DNA of 61,871 nt, counting the filler, from Theionarchaea archaeon (GTDB taxonomy: Archaea; Methanobacteriota_B; Thermococci; Methanofastidiosales; SZ-28-30): NCBI GenBank assembly GCA_018992565.1. It is 4 parts of 4 records of this genome, joined end to end, with 100 filler letters (N's around TTAATTAATTAA, not from the genome) between each part and the next. Parts side by side here need not be neighbours in the genome. Positions count along the whole stretch, not along the records: positions 1 to 25,518 come from JACVGW010000033.1; 3 more parts are not named here. One strand, written 5' to 3'. Numbering within the stretch: the stretch's first letter is position 1; every line of letters starts with the position of its first letter. The notes beneath the pieces were generated by a model, which saw nothing but the letters and a program-made list of their open reading frames with translations, ran no database searches and had not been told where the DNA came from. Below, piece by piece: positions 9,529-19,918 of this stretch. Both the position numbers and the translations under genes were made by a program.

Positions 9529-11127
9529 CTACTCACCTGAACCATCACGAGGTTTGCCCCTGTGAACGTATTTCATGTAAGTCAGCTCCAGGTTGAAGTA
9601 TTTGGAACCAATAATGCCCGAGGCTTTCACCCCTCCCAGGTGCGGTAACCGGGAGGTAAAGAGTAGATGATCATCATTGACCATCACACCACCTGTGTCC
9701 ACCTTTTGTACAAAAGACTCTGTGACATTATTATCTTCAGACCACACAGAGGCCCTCAATCCATACTTGGATTGGTTGATCCTGGTGATAGCCTCTTCCA
9801 GGGTTGACACCTTGCATATGGGGAGCAATGGTCCAAATGTCTCTTCCTGCATGCATAACATGGAGGTATCACATTCAGAAAGGACAGTGGGCTCAAAATA
9901 CAGCCCAAGATCATCGGGCTCTCTTCTGTAGTTCACTCTGTGACCGCCACATTCCAGGCGGGCACCATGTGCCACAGCATCTGCAGTGTATCCTTCAATA
10001 CCCTCAAGAGCTTCAATGGCTGTAGGAACGATGTCAGTGCGGGGGTCTGAAGGAAGTCCAATGTGCAGTGACTCTGCATATCTGGCCAGGGCAGAGACCA
10101 CATCATCATACACGTTTTCGTGGACAAAGAGTCGCTTGGTAGCAATGCAGGCCTGACCAGACCCCAGAAACCGTGCCCTTCCTGCATCTTCAATGGCTTT
10201 TTCCAGATCCGCGTCTTCCCATATCAGTGTGGCATCGCTTCCTGCTATTTCCAGGATCACTTTCTTGTAGTTTTTCACTGCCTTTGATGCAATCTGTACT
10301 CCACTTTCAGACGATCCATAGAATATTATGCAGTCCAGTCCATTGATCCATTCATTAACACACATTTTTGACTCGGCCACTGTGGTGCACAGTGGATTGA
10401 TGGCATACTCCTGGAATATGTCATACATCATTTCAGAAATATATAAAGTGGAAATGGGGAGCATGGAAGGTGGTTTTACCACAGTACAATTCCCCGAAAT
10501 AAAGGAACAGCAAATATTTAGAATTCCCAGAGTCGTGGCTGCATTATACGGAGTGACCAATCCCACTGCCCCAAAAGGTATTCTTAGCAGGTAATCCCCA
10601 TTGAGTCTCTTGGGGCTCACCTGCTCCCCAAGGTAGTACAACATATCATCTGTAAAAAAGGTGGAGGATTCCCTATATTCCCAGTCCAGCATTTTCTGGG
10701 GATGACCTTCAGCAACACTGATTTCCTCAATGTTTTTCCTGTGATTCTTGAACTCATCCCCGATTCTGGACAAAATCTCCTTTCTCTTCTCTATGGGGAT
10801 TGATCTCGTTTCCTGTTCATGGGACTTCGCTACCCTGATGGAGTTCTGCACCTCTTTCTGAGAAGCAATGCAGAACTCAGCGTATGCTGCGCTCTCATCA
10901 AAATGGGGGATACCATGTCTCTTCATGTACTTTACAGCGTATCGTTCTTCTGCACTCTTGGGTGTGAAGAATCCCGGAACCAGCCGTAGGAGCTGCTTCT
11001 GATATGCAGGAACTGTTCTGAGATAGTATGCAATGGATATGCCGGGATCTTTGATGATGTCATCTGCCCTGAGGGCCAGCCCCTTATGAGCTGTTTCCAC
11101 CCAGTCACCAATGAGAAGCTTGTACAT
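9529..11127 (-). CDS. NAD(P)-dependent aldehyde dehydrogenase with an atypical N-terminal insert
   Basis: TPYN, KPP, FYGS, LEIAGSD, catalytic GQAC, EETFGP, YGLRASVWS. Confidence 0.9.
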   Translation of the reverse strand: MYKLLIGDWVETAHKGLALRADDIIKDPGISIAYYLRTVPAYQKQLLRLVPGFFTPKSAEERYAVKYMKRHGIPHFDESAAYAEFCIASQKEVQNSIRVAKSHEQETRSIPIEKRKEILSRIGDEFKNHRKNIEEISVAEGHPQKMLDWEYRESSTFFTDDMLYYLGEQVSPKRLNGDYLLRIPFGAVGLVTPYNAATTLGILNICCSFISGNCTVVKPPSMLPISTLYISEMMYDIFQEYAINPLCTTVAESKMCVNEWINGLDCIIFYGSSESGVQIASKAVKNYKKVILEIAGSDATLIWEDADLEKAIEDAGRARFLGSGQACIATKRLFVHENVYDDVVSALARYAESLHIGLPSDPRTDIVPTAIEALEGIEGYTADAVAHGARLECGGHRVNYRREPDDLGLYFEPTVLSECDTSMLCMQEETFGPLLPICKVSTLEEAITRINQSKYGLRASVWSEDNNVTESFVQKVDTGGVMVNDDHLLFTSRLPHLGGVKASGIIGSKYFNLELTYMKYVHRGKPRDGSGE

Positions 11128-11330
11128 ATCAGAAGAACCGTGGATGTCTTTAAAGATTTTTTGGGTCTTTTTCTTACAATCACTGCATTCTCACCTGCCG
11201 TATGCACGTAGATCAAGTCAGAAAAATGTGATTAATAAAGGAAAAGGAGGAGGCAGAGCTCCAGAAGACTGAGAAAGCAGGCAAAAAATTTATAAATGAA
11301 TAGGTTGGTGAACAAAGAGAGGTGACTAAA

Positions 11331-11552
11331 ATGGCTGATATTAAAACCTGGGAAAGTGAAGATGTTGGATGCACTATCCGAATAGACTATGATCTGTGCA
11401 CCGGTTGCGGCGAGTGCGTAGAAGTCTGCCCCACTGAGGTGTATGAAGTAGTAAACGAGAAATCAACGGCTCCTAACGTAGATGAATGCATTGAATGTTG
11501 CGCGTGCGTGGAAGGATGCCCCCAGGACGCGATCGAACACAGCTCATGCTAG
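11331..11552 (+). CDS. 2x[4Fe-4S] ferredoxin
   Basis: CTGCGECVEVCP and CIECCACVEGCP; GAGGTGA RBS; TTTATAAA TATA box upstream. Confidence 0.92.
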   Translation: MADIKTWESEDVGCTIRIDYDLCTGCGECVEVCPTEVYEVVNEKSTAPNVDECIECCACVEGCPQDAIEHSSC

Positions 11553-11767
11553 ACAGTGCTCAGAGATAGTACTATCCAGTGTCTATTTTTTCAAGGAGAG
11601 GATGACTCTTGTGGAGGACTCTTCGCAGAAGATTTTACGTCACCAAGAGTATGATTGGATTGGATCTATCGTGAAGATGACATGGTGCCCCAAATACTAG
11701 GAGATTATCACAATCAGTAATGTTGCTGGTTGAGAACCTTTTTAAAGTGAGAGAGCAATAACGGAGT

Positions 11768-13705
11768 ATGCCCTTTGTTCTCCAATCTGATTTCGCCCCA
11801 GCAGGGGATCAGCCAAAAGCAATTGCTCAGTTGACAGAGGGCATCCAATCAGGACTATCAGAGCAGACCCTTCTGGGTGTCACTGGATCAGGGAAGACCT
11901 TCAGCATGGCCTGTGTCATAGAAAGGGTTGATAGACCCACACTGGTGATTTCCCATAACAAAACCCTGGCAGCCCAGTTATATACTGAGTTCAAACAATT
12001 CTTTCCCGAAAGCGCAGTGGAATACTTCGTGTCCTACTACGATTATTACCAGCCTGAAGCGTATATTCCAAAAACAGATACCTACATCGGGAAGGAAACC
12101 TCAGTGAACGAAGAGATTGACAAGATGCGGCTGTCTGCCACTGCTTCTCTCCAGGATCGCAATGATGTGGTTGTCGTCGCTTCTGTATCCTGCATCTACG
12201 GGCTGGGTATTCCCAAAGACTACAAAGAGATGGGCATTGCTTTGAGGCCAGGCATCCCCTATGATAGAGATGTATTCCTGCGGCGCCTGGTGGAGATCCA
12301 GTATGAGCGAAATGACATGGCTTTTGGCAGAGGTACCTTCAGGGTTCGGGGGGACATGGTGGACGTTTTTCCCTCTTACAGTGATATACCTATCCGTGTG
12401 GGATTTTCAGGAGGGAAGATGTCCAGAATCTACTATTTCAACCCAGTAACAGGTAAGATACTGGAAGAAACATCAGGGTCCCATATTCATCCCGCCAAAC
12501 ATTACGTTACCCCTGAAGAGAAGACTAAGAGAGGTCTCCAGTCCATTGAATTGGAACTGGAAGAAAGACTGCAGTATTTAAAGAAAGAAGGAAAATTGCT
12601 TGAAGCCCAGAGACTGGAGCAGAGGACTCGATTCGATCTTGAAATGTTGAGAGAAATCGGATATTGCCCAGGAATTGAAAACTATTCCCGCCATTTCGAT
12701 GACAGGTCACAAGGAGATCCACCGTATACCCTCATGGATTACTTCCCTGAGGATTACCTCCTCATCATTGATGAATCTCATGTTACTGTACCACAGATTA
12801 AGGGGATGTACTTCCAGGACAAGGCCAGAAAAGACGCTCTGGTGGCATATGGGTTCAGGCTGCCTTCTGCATATGATAACAGGCCCCTGCAATTTGAAGA
12901 ATTCAGGAAGAAGATCAACCAGGTTGTCTACGTCTCTGCTACTCCCGCTCTCTACGAGATCAAGAGATCCCAGCAAGTTGTGGAACAGATTATCAGGCCC
13001 ACCGGACTTGTGGATCCTGAAGTCATCGTGCGCCCCACTGCTGATCAGATTGACGATCTCATAGCAGAGATTAAAAGGAGAGCCCCACAGGAGAGGATCC
13101 TGGTGACCACTCTGACTAAGAGAATGGCAGAAGACCTCACTGAATACCTGATCGAAATGGGACTCAGGGTGAGATACCTGCACTCTGAAATCGACACTCT
13201 GGACCGGATGGACATCATCAGAGACCTGCGCCTGGGCGAATTCGACTGTCTGGTGGGAATCAACCTGCTGCGGGAAGGACTGGACCTTCCTGAGGTATCT
13301 CTTGTGGCTATCCTGGACGCAGATAAGGAAGGATTCCTGCGATCTGAGACCTCGCTCATCCAGACAATTGGCAGATGTGCACGTCATGTCTCAGGTCAGG
13401 TTATCATGTATGCAGACCAGACTACAGACTCCATGCAAAAAGCTATTAAGGAAACAGAAAGGAGAAGGAGTATCCAGAAGGCATACAACGAAAGCCATAA
13501 TATCAAACCTGAGACAATAAGGAAAAAAGTGTTTGAGAGAATGGGGGAAGAGAAAGAAAAAGAGAGAGAGAAGAAGCCATATGAGGAACTGCCTTTGGTT
13601 TTAGATGATCTGGAGAGAGAAATGTTGGAAGCCGCACAAAGACTGGAATTTGAACGTGCTGCTGTGCTCAGAGACAAAATACGGGAATTGAAAGGAGGAT
13701 CATAA
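11768..13705 (+). CDS. uvrB: Excinuclease ABC subunit B
   Basis: [32 protein letters not shown] and C-terminal UVR motif. Confidence 0.97.
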   Translation: MPFVLQSDFAPAGDQPKAIAQLTEGIQSGLSEQTLLGVTGSGKTFSMACVIERVDRPTLVISHNKTLAAQLYTEFKQFFPESAVEYFVSYYDYYQPEAYIPKTDTYIGKETSVNEEIDKMRLSATASLQDRNDVVVVASVSCIYGLGIPKDYKEMGIALRPGIPYDRDVFLRRLVEIQYERNDMAFGRGTFRVRGDMVDVFPSYSDIPIRVGFSGGKMSRIYYFNPVTGKILEETSGSHIHPAKHYVTPEEKTKRGLQSIELELEERLQYLKKEGKLLEAQRLEQRTRFDLEMLREIGYCPGIENYSRHFDDRSQGDPPYTLMDYFPEDYLLIIDESHVTVPQIKGMYFQDKARKDALVAYGFRLPSAYDNRPLQFEEFRKKINQVVYVSATPALYEIKRSQQVVEQIIRPTGLVDPEVIVRPTADQIDDLIAEIKRRAPQERILVTTLTKRMAEDLTEYLIEMGLRVRYLHSEIDTLDRMDIIRDLRLGEFDCLVGINLLREGLDLPEVSLVAILDADKEGFLRSETSLIQTIGRCARHVSGQVIMYADQTTDSMQKAIKETERRRSIQKAYNESHNIKPETIRKKVFERMGEEKEKEREKKPYEELPLVLDDLEREMLEAAQRLEFERAAVLRDKIRELKGGS

Positions 13706-14211
13706 TGCGAATACATATTACCCAGAAGAATTTGTGGGGAAATCTCTCCGAAAGGGAAATGGAGATCATCTATCAGTCAAACAAGATGGTCATTGCTCGC
13801 TACCCGGTTAGCAACCTACAGAGTCCATTGATCATTGACGAGTCCTACGTTCTGGAAAACGGGTTTACAGCGGTGGCCTTCATAGAATACGGCAACTGGT
13901 ACATCACAGAAAAGATCTTCGACTTCCAGGCACGTCCCACTGGGTTTCTCATCAACCTGGTAACTCCTGTGGAAGAGAACCTGACATTTCTCAACACAAT
14001 GGATCTCTTCATCAAAGTATGGGTCTCCCCTTCAGATCAGTGCAGGGTGTTCGGCACCAACATATTCAGGAATATTGCCAAGGATGGACTTCTCACAGAA
14101 ACAGTGGAGAAGATAGCACTGGAAACAGTAGACACTCTTGTATCAGGGGTACAGAAGGGAGCGTTCCCGCCTCGATTTGTCAAGGATTTCTGTATTGAGA
14201 ACAACGGGTAG
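13705..14211 (+). CDS. DUF402-like protein
   Basis: W-Y-I..IFD...GF.INL.TP...DLFI.VWV pattern and C-terminal FPP; coupled to uvrB. Confidence 0.55.
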   Translation: MRIHITQKNLWGNLSEREMEIIYQSNKMVIARYPVSNLQSPLIIDESYVLENGFTAVAFIEYGNWYITEKIFDFQARPTGFLINLVTPVEENLTFLNTMDLFIKVWVSPSDQCRVFGTNIFRNIAKDGLLTETVEKIALETVDTLVSGVQKGAFPPRFVKDFCIENNG

Positions 14212-14320
14212 CTCTTATTGAGGTGCCGCGACTTCTACTGCAGGGGCCTCACAAGTGGACCGTGCAGTCCACGGTCTCTCGCGTGAAGGAACAACTCCCA
14301 CCTGGTAACAGGACCGATAC

Positions 14321-14359
14321 CTTTATAAGTACCTTAACTTAACTTAAGGTAAGGTTAAG
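14321..14359 (+). promoter_or_regulatory. TATA box followed by a palindromic TTAA-repeat operator-like element
   Basis: CTTTATAAG then ACCTTAA-CTTAAC-TTAAGGT-AAGGTTAAG upstream of psmB. Confidence 0.45.
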
Positions 14360-14393
14360 CACATGAACAGAATGCTTAGTCAAAGGTGATAAT

Positions 14394-14999
14394 ATGGATG
14401 TTACAAAAGGAACGACTACAGTGGCCTTAGTTGGTAAAGATGGAGTCGTGCTGGCAGCAGATAAGAGAGCATCCATGGGCTATTCAGTTGCTCATAAGAA
14501 TGCGCGGAAGATTTTCCAGGTTTCCAAACTGGCTGGTGCTACCGGCGCAGGCTCAGTGGGTGACATTCAGAACTTTGTCAATTTGCTCAGGGTTGAATCC
14601 AATCTCTACGGCATTAAGACCAACCAGGACTTGACTGTCAGATCACTGGCCACGCTTGCATCTCGTATCCTCTTCAGTCAAAGATACTATCCCTACTACG
14701 CTCTCTTCATTATCGGTGGGTATGATGAGCGACCAGTTGCTTTCTCACTTGATCCGCTCGGTGGAATGAATGAGGACAAATTCATTGCGTCAGGGTCAGG
14801 CATGCAGGTGGCATACGGTCTTCTCGAAGACCAGTATAAAGAAGGAATGGCAGTGAAAGAGCTGGAGAAACTGGCTGCTCGCTGCATTAATGCAGCCACT
14901 CAGAGGGACCTGGCCACAGGAGATGGTATTTCCATGGCAGTCATCACAAAAGACGGGTATCGAGAACTCACCAAGAAGGAAATTGAAGAGGTGTTGTAA
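14394..14999 (+). CDS. psmB: 20S proteasome beta subunit
   Basis: 6-aa propeptide, G|TTTV catalytic Thr, AADKRAS, GSG, RDLATGDG. Confidence 0.96.
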   Translation: MDVTKGTTTVALVGKDGVVLAADKRASMGYSVAHKNARKIFQVSKLAGATGAGSVGDIQNFVNLLRVESNLYGIKTNQDLTVRSLATLASRILFSQRYYPYYALFIIGGYDERPVAFSLDPLGGMNEDKFIASGSGMQVAYGLLEDQYKEGMAVKELEKLAARCINAATQRDLATGDGISMAVITKDGYRELTKKEIEEVL

Positions 15000-15713
15000 A
15001 TGGCATTTAGACCACGCGGTATTGGATATGACATGGCTATCACAGTCTTCAGTCCAGATGGATCACTGTACCAAGTGAACTATGCTTCAGAAGCAGTGAA
15101 ACGAGGTGCTACAGCGCTGGGTGTCAAGTGTGAGGAAGGCATCGTGCTTGCTGTAGATAAGCGAATTCCTTCCAAGCTGGTGCAGCCTGAATCCTTTGAG
15201 AAGATCTTCCAGGTGGACACTCACATCGGGACAGCAGCCTCAGGGATGATTGCTGACGCCCGCCAGCTGGTGGAAAGAGCACGCCTGGAAGCACAAATTC
15301 ACAGGCTGACCTACGATGAGGACATCTCTGTTGCTCTTCTCTGTAAGAAGATTGGGGATCTCATGCAGATGCACACCCAATATGGAGGACTGAGACCCTT
15401 TGGTGCTTCTCTCATCATTGCGGGTGTCAATGAAGAGCCTGAACTCTTTGTCACAGATCCCAGTGGAGGATACCTGGGCTGGAAAGCTTCTGCCATTGGT
15501 TCTGGTAGAACCAGTGCTCAGGATGTCTTCGAAGCAGAATACAGGGATGACATTACCATGGATGAGAGCATCGTTCTGGCCCTCAAGGCCCTGAAGCCTT
15601 CTGTAGAGGCACTGGTCAAAGGGAATATTGAGATGGCTCTGATCAAGGACAAGAAGTTCAAGAAGATGTCAGATGACGAAGTCAAGAAGTACATTGACCA
15701 ACTAAGGGAGTGA
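15000..15713 (+). CDS. psmA: 20S proteasome alpha subunit
   Basis: [31 protein letters not shown]. Confidence 0.96.
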   Translation: MAFRPRGIGYDMAITVFSPDGSLYQVNYASEAVKRGATALGVKCEEGIVLAVDKRIPSKLVQPESFEKIFQVDTHIGTAASGMIADARQLVERARLEAQIHRLTYDEDISVALLCKKIGDLMQMHTQYGGLRPFGASLIIAGVNEEPELFVTDPSGGYLGWKASAIGSGRTSAQDVFEAEYRDDITMDESIVLALKALKPSVEALVKGNIEMALIKDKKFKKMSDDEVKKYIDQLRE

Positions 15714-15717
15714 TTAA

Positions 15718-16677
15718 GTGAAGAAGATCAGCTGTCTTCTTCTCGTGATTCTTATGATGGGCTGTCTCTCTCAACAAGAGAGAGGGATTCAGTCCATCGA
15801 TGATTTAAATGGCAAGACAATTGCAATCCCGGGAAAAGCCACAGTGCAGGATTTTCTGTTGCAGAGATTTCTCAAAGACAACAATATCACTGCCACTACG
15901 GTGATTGTGAAACCTCCTGAAATGATTCAGACACTGGAAAGTGGAGGCATTGATGCTTTTATTGCCTGGGAGCCATATCCTGGCCGCGCAGTGGTAGAAG
16001 GCGGACACAGCTTGCTGGTGACGTCCCAGGACATCTGGCCCCACCATCCGTGCTGTGTGGTGGCTGTTCGAGAGGAGTTCCTTGCAGAGGACAGGGATGT
16101 GGTCCTTGCTGTCTTGGCCTGTCACATGAGAGCAACAACCTTCATACTGGAAAACCCTCAGGAAGCAGTGAGGATTGGCGTCGATTTTACAGGGATGTCT
16201 GAAGAGGTTATCAGCCAGGCTATGCAGACGATTGAATATGTCTATGAACCCAACTACAGTGGAATAAAAGAGTACCTTGACCAGCTGCTTGACATGGAAT
16301 ACGTGAACCCAAGTGATGTGGGTGAGGTAGATACATTTCTCAGCAAATTCATCAATTCACAGTTGATTGAAGAAGCTGCGACGTATTCGTGTTCGAACCT
16401 GGACAAGACGATTCGGATAGGATACCTGAGAGCAGATCTGCACCAGCTTGCCCTCTTTGTTGCCCTGGACCAGGGGTATTTTGATGAATTCGGACTGACT
16501 GTGGAGCTCTATGTCTTCTCTGCGGGTCCTGAAGAGATGGATGCTTTCGGTTCTCAGGATATTGACATGGGCTACCTGGGGATTGCACCTGCTACTACCA
16601 AACGGTTGAACCTAGGAATCCCCATTGTGATACTGGCCGGAGTCAACAATGAAGGATCAGCGCTTGTTGTGAGTTGA
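15718..16677 (+). CDS. SsuA/NMT1-type ABC substrate-binding lipoprotein, circularly permuted
   Basis: Lipobox-like MMGC; DLNGKTIAIPG, AWEPY, HPCC; the IRIGYL...EGSALVV segment lies at the C-terminus. Confidence 0.85.
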   Translation: MKKISCLLLVILMMGCLSQQERGIQSIDDLNGKTIAIPGKATVQDFLLQRFLKDNNITATTVIVKPPEMIQTLESGGIDAFIAWEPYPGRAVVEGGHSLLVTSQDIWPHHPCCVVAVREEFLAEDRDVVLAVLACHMRATTFILENPQEAVRIGVDFTGMSEEVISQAMQTIEYVYEPNYSGIKEYLDQLLDMEYVNPSDVGEVDTFLSKFINSQLIEEAATYSCSNLDKTIRIGYLRADLHQLALFVALDQGYFDEFGLTVELYVFSAGPEEMDAFGSQDIDMGYLGIAPATTKRLNLGIPIVILAGVNNEGSALVVS

Positions 16678-16681
16678 GGAA

Positions 16682-17416
16682 ATGAGAACACACAAGGTGT
16701 TCATAGTCCTCACCTTTATTGCAGCATGGGAAGTAGTGGCAGTCCTTGTCAACAGCCGATTTCTGCCGAGTCCTCTCCTGGTGGGAGCAACTTTCTGGGG
16801 CCTACTGAGTTCAGGCGCACTGCTCCAGCATGCTGCAGTAAGCCTTGCCCGGGTTATGGCAGGGTTCCTTCTGGCAATTGCAGTTGGGCTACCTCTGGGA
16901 GTATTGATGGGATGGTCTCCGAAAATGGAAAATTTCTCCGTTATCATAGAAATGTTGCGCCCTATCCCTCCTCTGGCCTGGATTCCTCTTGCCATGCTAT
17001 GGTTTGGCATTGGATTTCAATCAAAAGCCTTTATCATATTTATTGGCGCACTCTTCCCTATTCTAAGCAACGCATTGCTTGGAGTACGGGAGACGGAACC
17101 ATACCTGGTTGAAGCAGGCAAAGTCCTGGGAGCCAGTGACAGTCAGATTCTGCAAACCATTATCCTCCCAAACTCCTTTCCTTCCATTCTGGAAGGCCTG
17201 AGAATTGGGTTGGGGATAGCCTGGATGTGTCTGGTTGCTGCAGAACTCACTGGGTTGAAGACTCCACTGGGACTGGGGTACCTTATAATGGAAGCACGTG
17301 ACCTTGGCCGCGCAGACACCGTCATGGCAGGTATGATTGCAATAGGAGTCATCGGGTACGTGATGAACATTGCACTCAAGTGGATGGAGAATAGACTGGT
17401 GAGGTGGAAACCATGA
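16682..17416 (+). CDS. SsuC/TauC-type ABC permease
   Basis: SLARV, RPIPPLAWIPL, EAA loop (EAGKVLGAS), AWMCLVAAE. Confidence 0.92.
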   Translation: MRTHKVFIVLTFIAAWEVVAVLVNSRFLPSPLLVGATFWGLLSSGALLQHAAVSLARVMAGFLLAIAVGLPLGVLMGWSPKMENFSVIIEMLRPIPPLAWIPLAMLWFGIGFQSKAFIIFIGALFPILSNALLGVRETEPYLVEAGKVLGASDSQILQTIILPNSFPSILEGLRIGLGIAWMCLVAAELTGLKTPLGLGYLIMEARDLGRADTVMAGMIAIGVIGYVMNIALKWMENRLVRWKP

Positions 17417-18174
17417 TCACACTTGACCATGTGGATAAGACCATTGGAGAACTCCCTGTCCTTGAGGCCGTATCTCTGAGAGTGAGAAAGGGGCAATTTG
17501 TATGTTTGGTGGGACCATCAGGATGTGGAAAGACCACCCTCCTCAAGTGCATAGCTGGACTGAGAACATACCAAGGGGAAATACGTATTGATGAAAGGTT
17601 GTCACAGGGGGTCAATCCAATGATTGGATATGTTTTTCAGGAGTTTTCCCTCTTCCCTTTTTTGACAGTCGGGGGGAACATGGAATTTGGGTTAAAAATC
17701 CAGAAAGTCCCCAGGAAAGAAAGGAACGATATTGTGAGATCACTCATCGATCTTTTCCTGCTACAGGGATTTGAGACAGCGTACCCTCATGAACTTTCTG
17801 GAGGGATGCAGAAAAAGGTGGCAATTGCCAGGGCTCTGGCTACCGACCCAGAAATTCTGCTCATGGATGAACCCTTTGTATCACTGGATGCCCAGACGAG
17901 GAACATGCTGCAGAAGGAGCTCCTGAGAATCTGGCAGAAAACACACAAGACGATATTGTTTGTCACTCATAATGTGGATGAGGCTGTCTTTCTGGCAGAC
18001 AAGGTCATGGTTCTCACCAGGAGACCCGCTACAATAAAGAGTGAGTTTCCAATAGATTTAGAGAGGGAACGCGACCGTACTTCCTCTGAATTCGTTTCCG
18101 TGAGAAAGGAAATTCTGAGAGAACTGGAGGAAGAATATGTTGAACAGGTTGATAAAGGATATAAAGGAATATGA
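17413..18174 (+). CDS. SsuB/TauB-type ABC ATPase
   Basis: GPSGCGKT, LSGGMQ, LLMDEPF, VTHNVDEAV. Confidence 0.93.
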   Translation: MITLDHVDKTIGELPVLEAVSLRVRKGQFVCLVGPSGCGKTTLLKCIAGLRTYQGEIRIDERLSQGVNPMIGYVFQEFSLFPFLTVGGNMEFGLKIQKVPRKERNDIVRSLIDLFLLQGFETAYPHELSGGMQKKVAIARALATDPEILLMDEPFVSLDAQTRNMLQKELLRIWQKTHKTILFVTHNVDEAVFLADKVMVLTRRPATIKSEFPIDLERERDRTSSEFVSVRKEILRELEEEYVEQVDKGYKGI

Positions 18175-19078
18175 AGGCCTGACCCGGAAGAAAGGAGTGA
18201 AACATGTAGTGAGATTGCAGGAGAGTGCATCCTGGGGTGGTATCACGTGCATGTTAGGAGACGATGCAGCTGTCCTCCCCTGGGAAGACTACTTTCTGTT
18301 GCTGGCTTCTGATGGTATCTGGTGGAAGCTGGGAGGAGACCCCTTCTGGGCAGGATACTGTTCCGTTCTCGTCAATGTCAATGATATCTACGCCATGGGA
18401 GGCGTGCCTGTTGCTATGGTCAACGTGTTGTCTCTAAGTGAAGAGGTAGGAGAAGAGCTCTTGCAAGGAATTGAGACTGCCTGCCAGAAGTTCAAGGTCC
18501 CCATGGTAGGAGGACATGTCCATCCAGATGCACCTACATCCATAGCAGTCTCTATCCTGGGGAAAGCCAGGAAGGTTCTCACCAGCTTTGATGCACGCCC
18601 TGGGGACAAGGTGATGCTGGCTCTTGACTTGAAAGGAAAGCAGTACAACCCGTATCTGAACTGGGATTCAACAAGTATGAAGACTTCTGAAGAAGTCTTA
18701 TACCGGCTGGAGGCGTTACCCATCATTGCAGAGAAGGAGTTGGCCACATCTTGCAAGGATGTCTCCAATCCGGGAATACTGGGAACCCTCGGGATGCTAC
18801 TTGAGACCAGCAAAGTGGGAGCTGTCGTGGATGTGGAGTCCATACCCACGCCTGTAGACATCGATATGACAACATTTGTGAAAATGTACCCAGGTTACGG
18901 ATTTATCCTCACTGTACATCCCATTCATGTCGATGAAGTAACCCAGCTCTTCAAAGAGCGTGGCATCTCGGTCAGTATCATGGGTAACATTTCTAGTGAG
19001 AGGAAATTAGAACTTCACTACAAAGAAGAAGAGGGAATTCTTTTTGATTTCGAAAAAGAGTGCATCTGTGGATTTTGA
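18137..19078 (+). CDS. AIR synthase/SelD-fold protein resembling methanogenesis marker protein 2
   Basis: GDDAA, AGYCSVLVNVNDIYAMGG, GGHVHPD, KDVSNPGILGTLGMLLETS, YPGYGF. Confidence 0.75.
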   Translation: MLNRLIKDIKEYEGLTRKKGVKHVVRLQESASWGGITCMLGDDAAVLPWEDYFLLLASDGIWWKLGGDPFWAGYCSVLVNVNDIYAMGGVPVAMVNVLSLSEEVGEELLQGIETACQKFKVPMVGGHVHPDAPTSIAVSILGKARKVLTSFDARPGDKVMLALDLKGKQYNPYLNWDSTSMKTSEEVLYRLEALPIIAEKELATSCKDVSNPGILGTLGMLLETSKVGAVVDVESIPTPVDIDMTTFVKMYPGYGFILTVHPIHVDEVTQLFKERGISVSIMGNISSERKLELHYKEEEGILFDFEKECICGF

Positions 19079-19119
19079 AACCTCAATCCCTCGTGTCAGT
19101 GGATACGGTATGGACCATG

Positions 19120-19716
19120 CTAGGAAGGCTTCTCCAGCAGTGTTCGTATTGTGGTCAGTTCCTCCAGAATTCTCTTGAGTATGTCCTCAGGTTCGTACGT
19201 TTCTACTGCCATGGGTTTCTTCCCTCGCACACATTCCATTATCGCTTCCTGCAATTCCTGGTACTGCTCTATGCCATCAAGATGCAACTCTGCAGTGCCC
19301 ACTCCTCCAGATTGGCCAGAATACCCTGCAGTCTGTACCTTCAGAGATGCGATACCCAATCGTCGTGACAGCGGGCCCTGAGATACATCCACATTCGTGA
19401 TCCTGTTGTAAGGGACAATTCCTGTCCTTCTGAACCATACCCCCCTCACCCACTGAATCTCATTCTCAGTCATTGTATATCGTATCGTGGAGCAGTACTT
19501 GGGAATCCAGTATGCAGTGAAGCAGAACCCAACAAGGAAAGGAATGCCCACCAGGACTGCCACTGCAAGAGGAGCCAGCAGCAATACAACGATCCACCAC
19601 CACAGGAAGGCAAGAACTATCACCAGAATGAGATACATGAAGTACAGGTTTTGAAACTGTGGTGCTGGGGTGAATTCTTCTCCAACTCGTGGTCTGCCTC
19701 TCCTCACAGTCATCAT
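19120..19716 (-). CDS. Membrane-anchored bacterial PH domain (bPH_2) protein
   Basis: 2 TM helices then RGVWFR..IVPYNRITNVDVSQGPLSRRLGIASLKVQTAG. Confidence 0.85.
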   Translation of the reverse strand: MMTVRRGRPRVGEEFTPAPQFQNLYFMYLILVIVLAFLWWWIVVLLLAPLAVAVLVGIPFLVGFCFTAYWIPKYCSTIRYTMTENEIQWVRGVWFRRTGIVPYNRITNVDVSQGPLSRRLGIASLKVQTAGYSGQSGGVGTAELHLDGIEQYQELQEAIMECVRGKKPMAVETYEPEDILKRILEELTTIRTLLEKPS

Positions 19717-19918
19717 GACTCATACTATGTATACCTGGTTTATATCTCTTCCTGAATACTGCACTATGGTCCAGGAATGCACAGGGTTCAGTAACGCCTC
19801 TTCATGGTTCTTCTGTTCCTGAAGCACGTCAACACTGTCAGGGGTCCAAAAAGACAGCCATTGGTTGCTTGAGATGGGCTACGTCAATTGATAACGAGGT
19901 TCATCCAGAGAGTGAATC

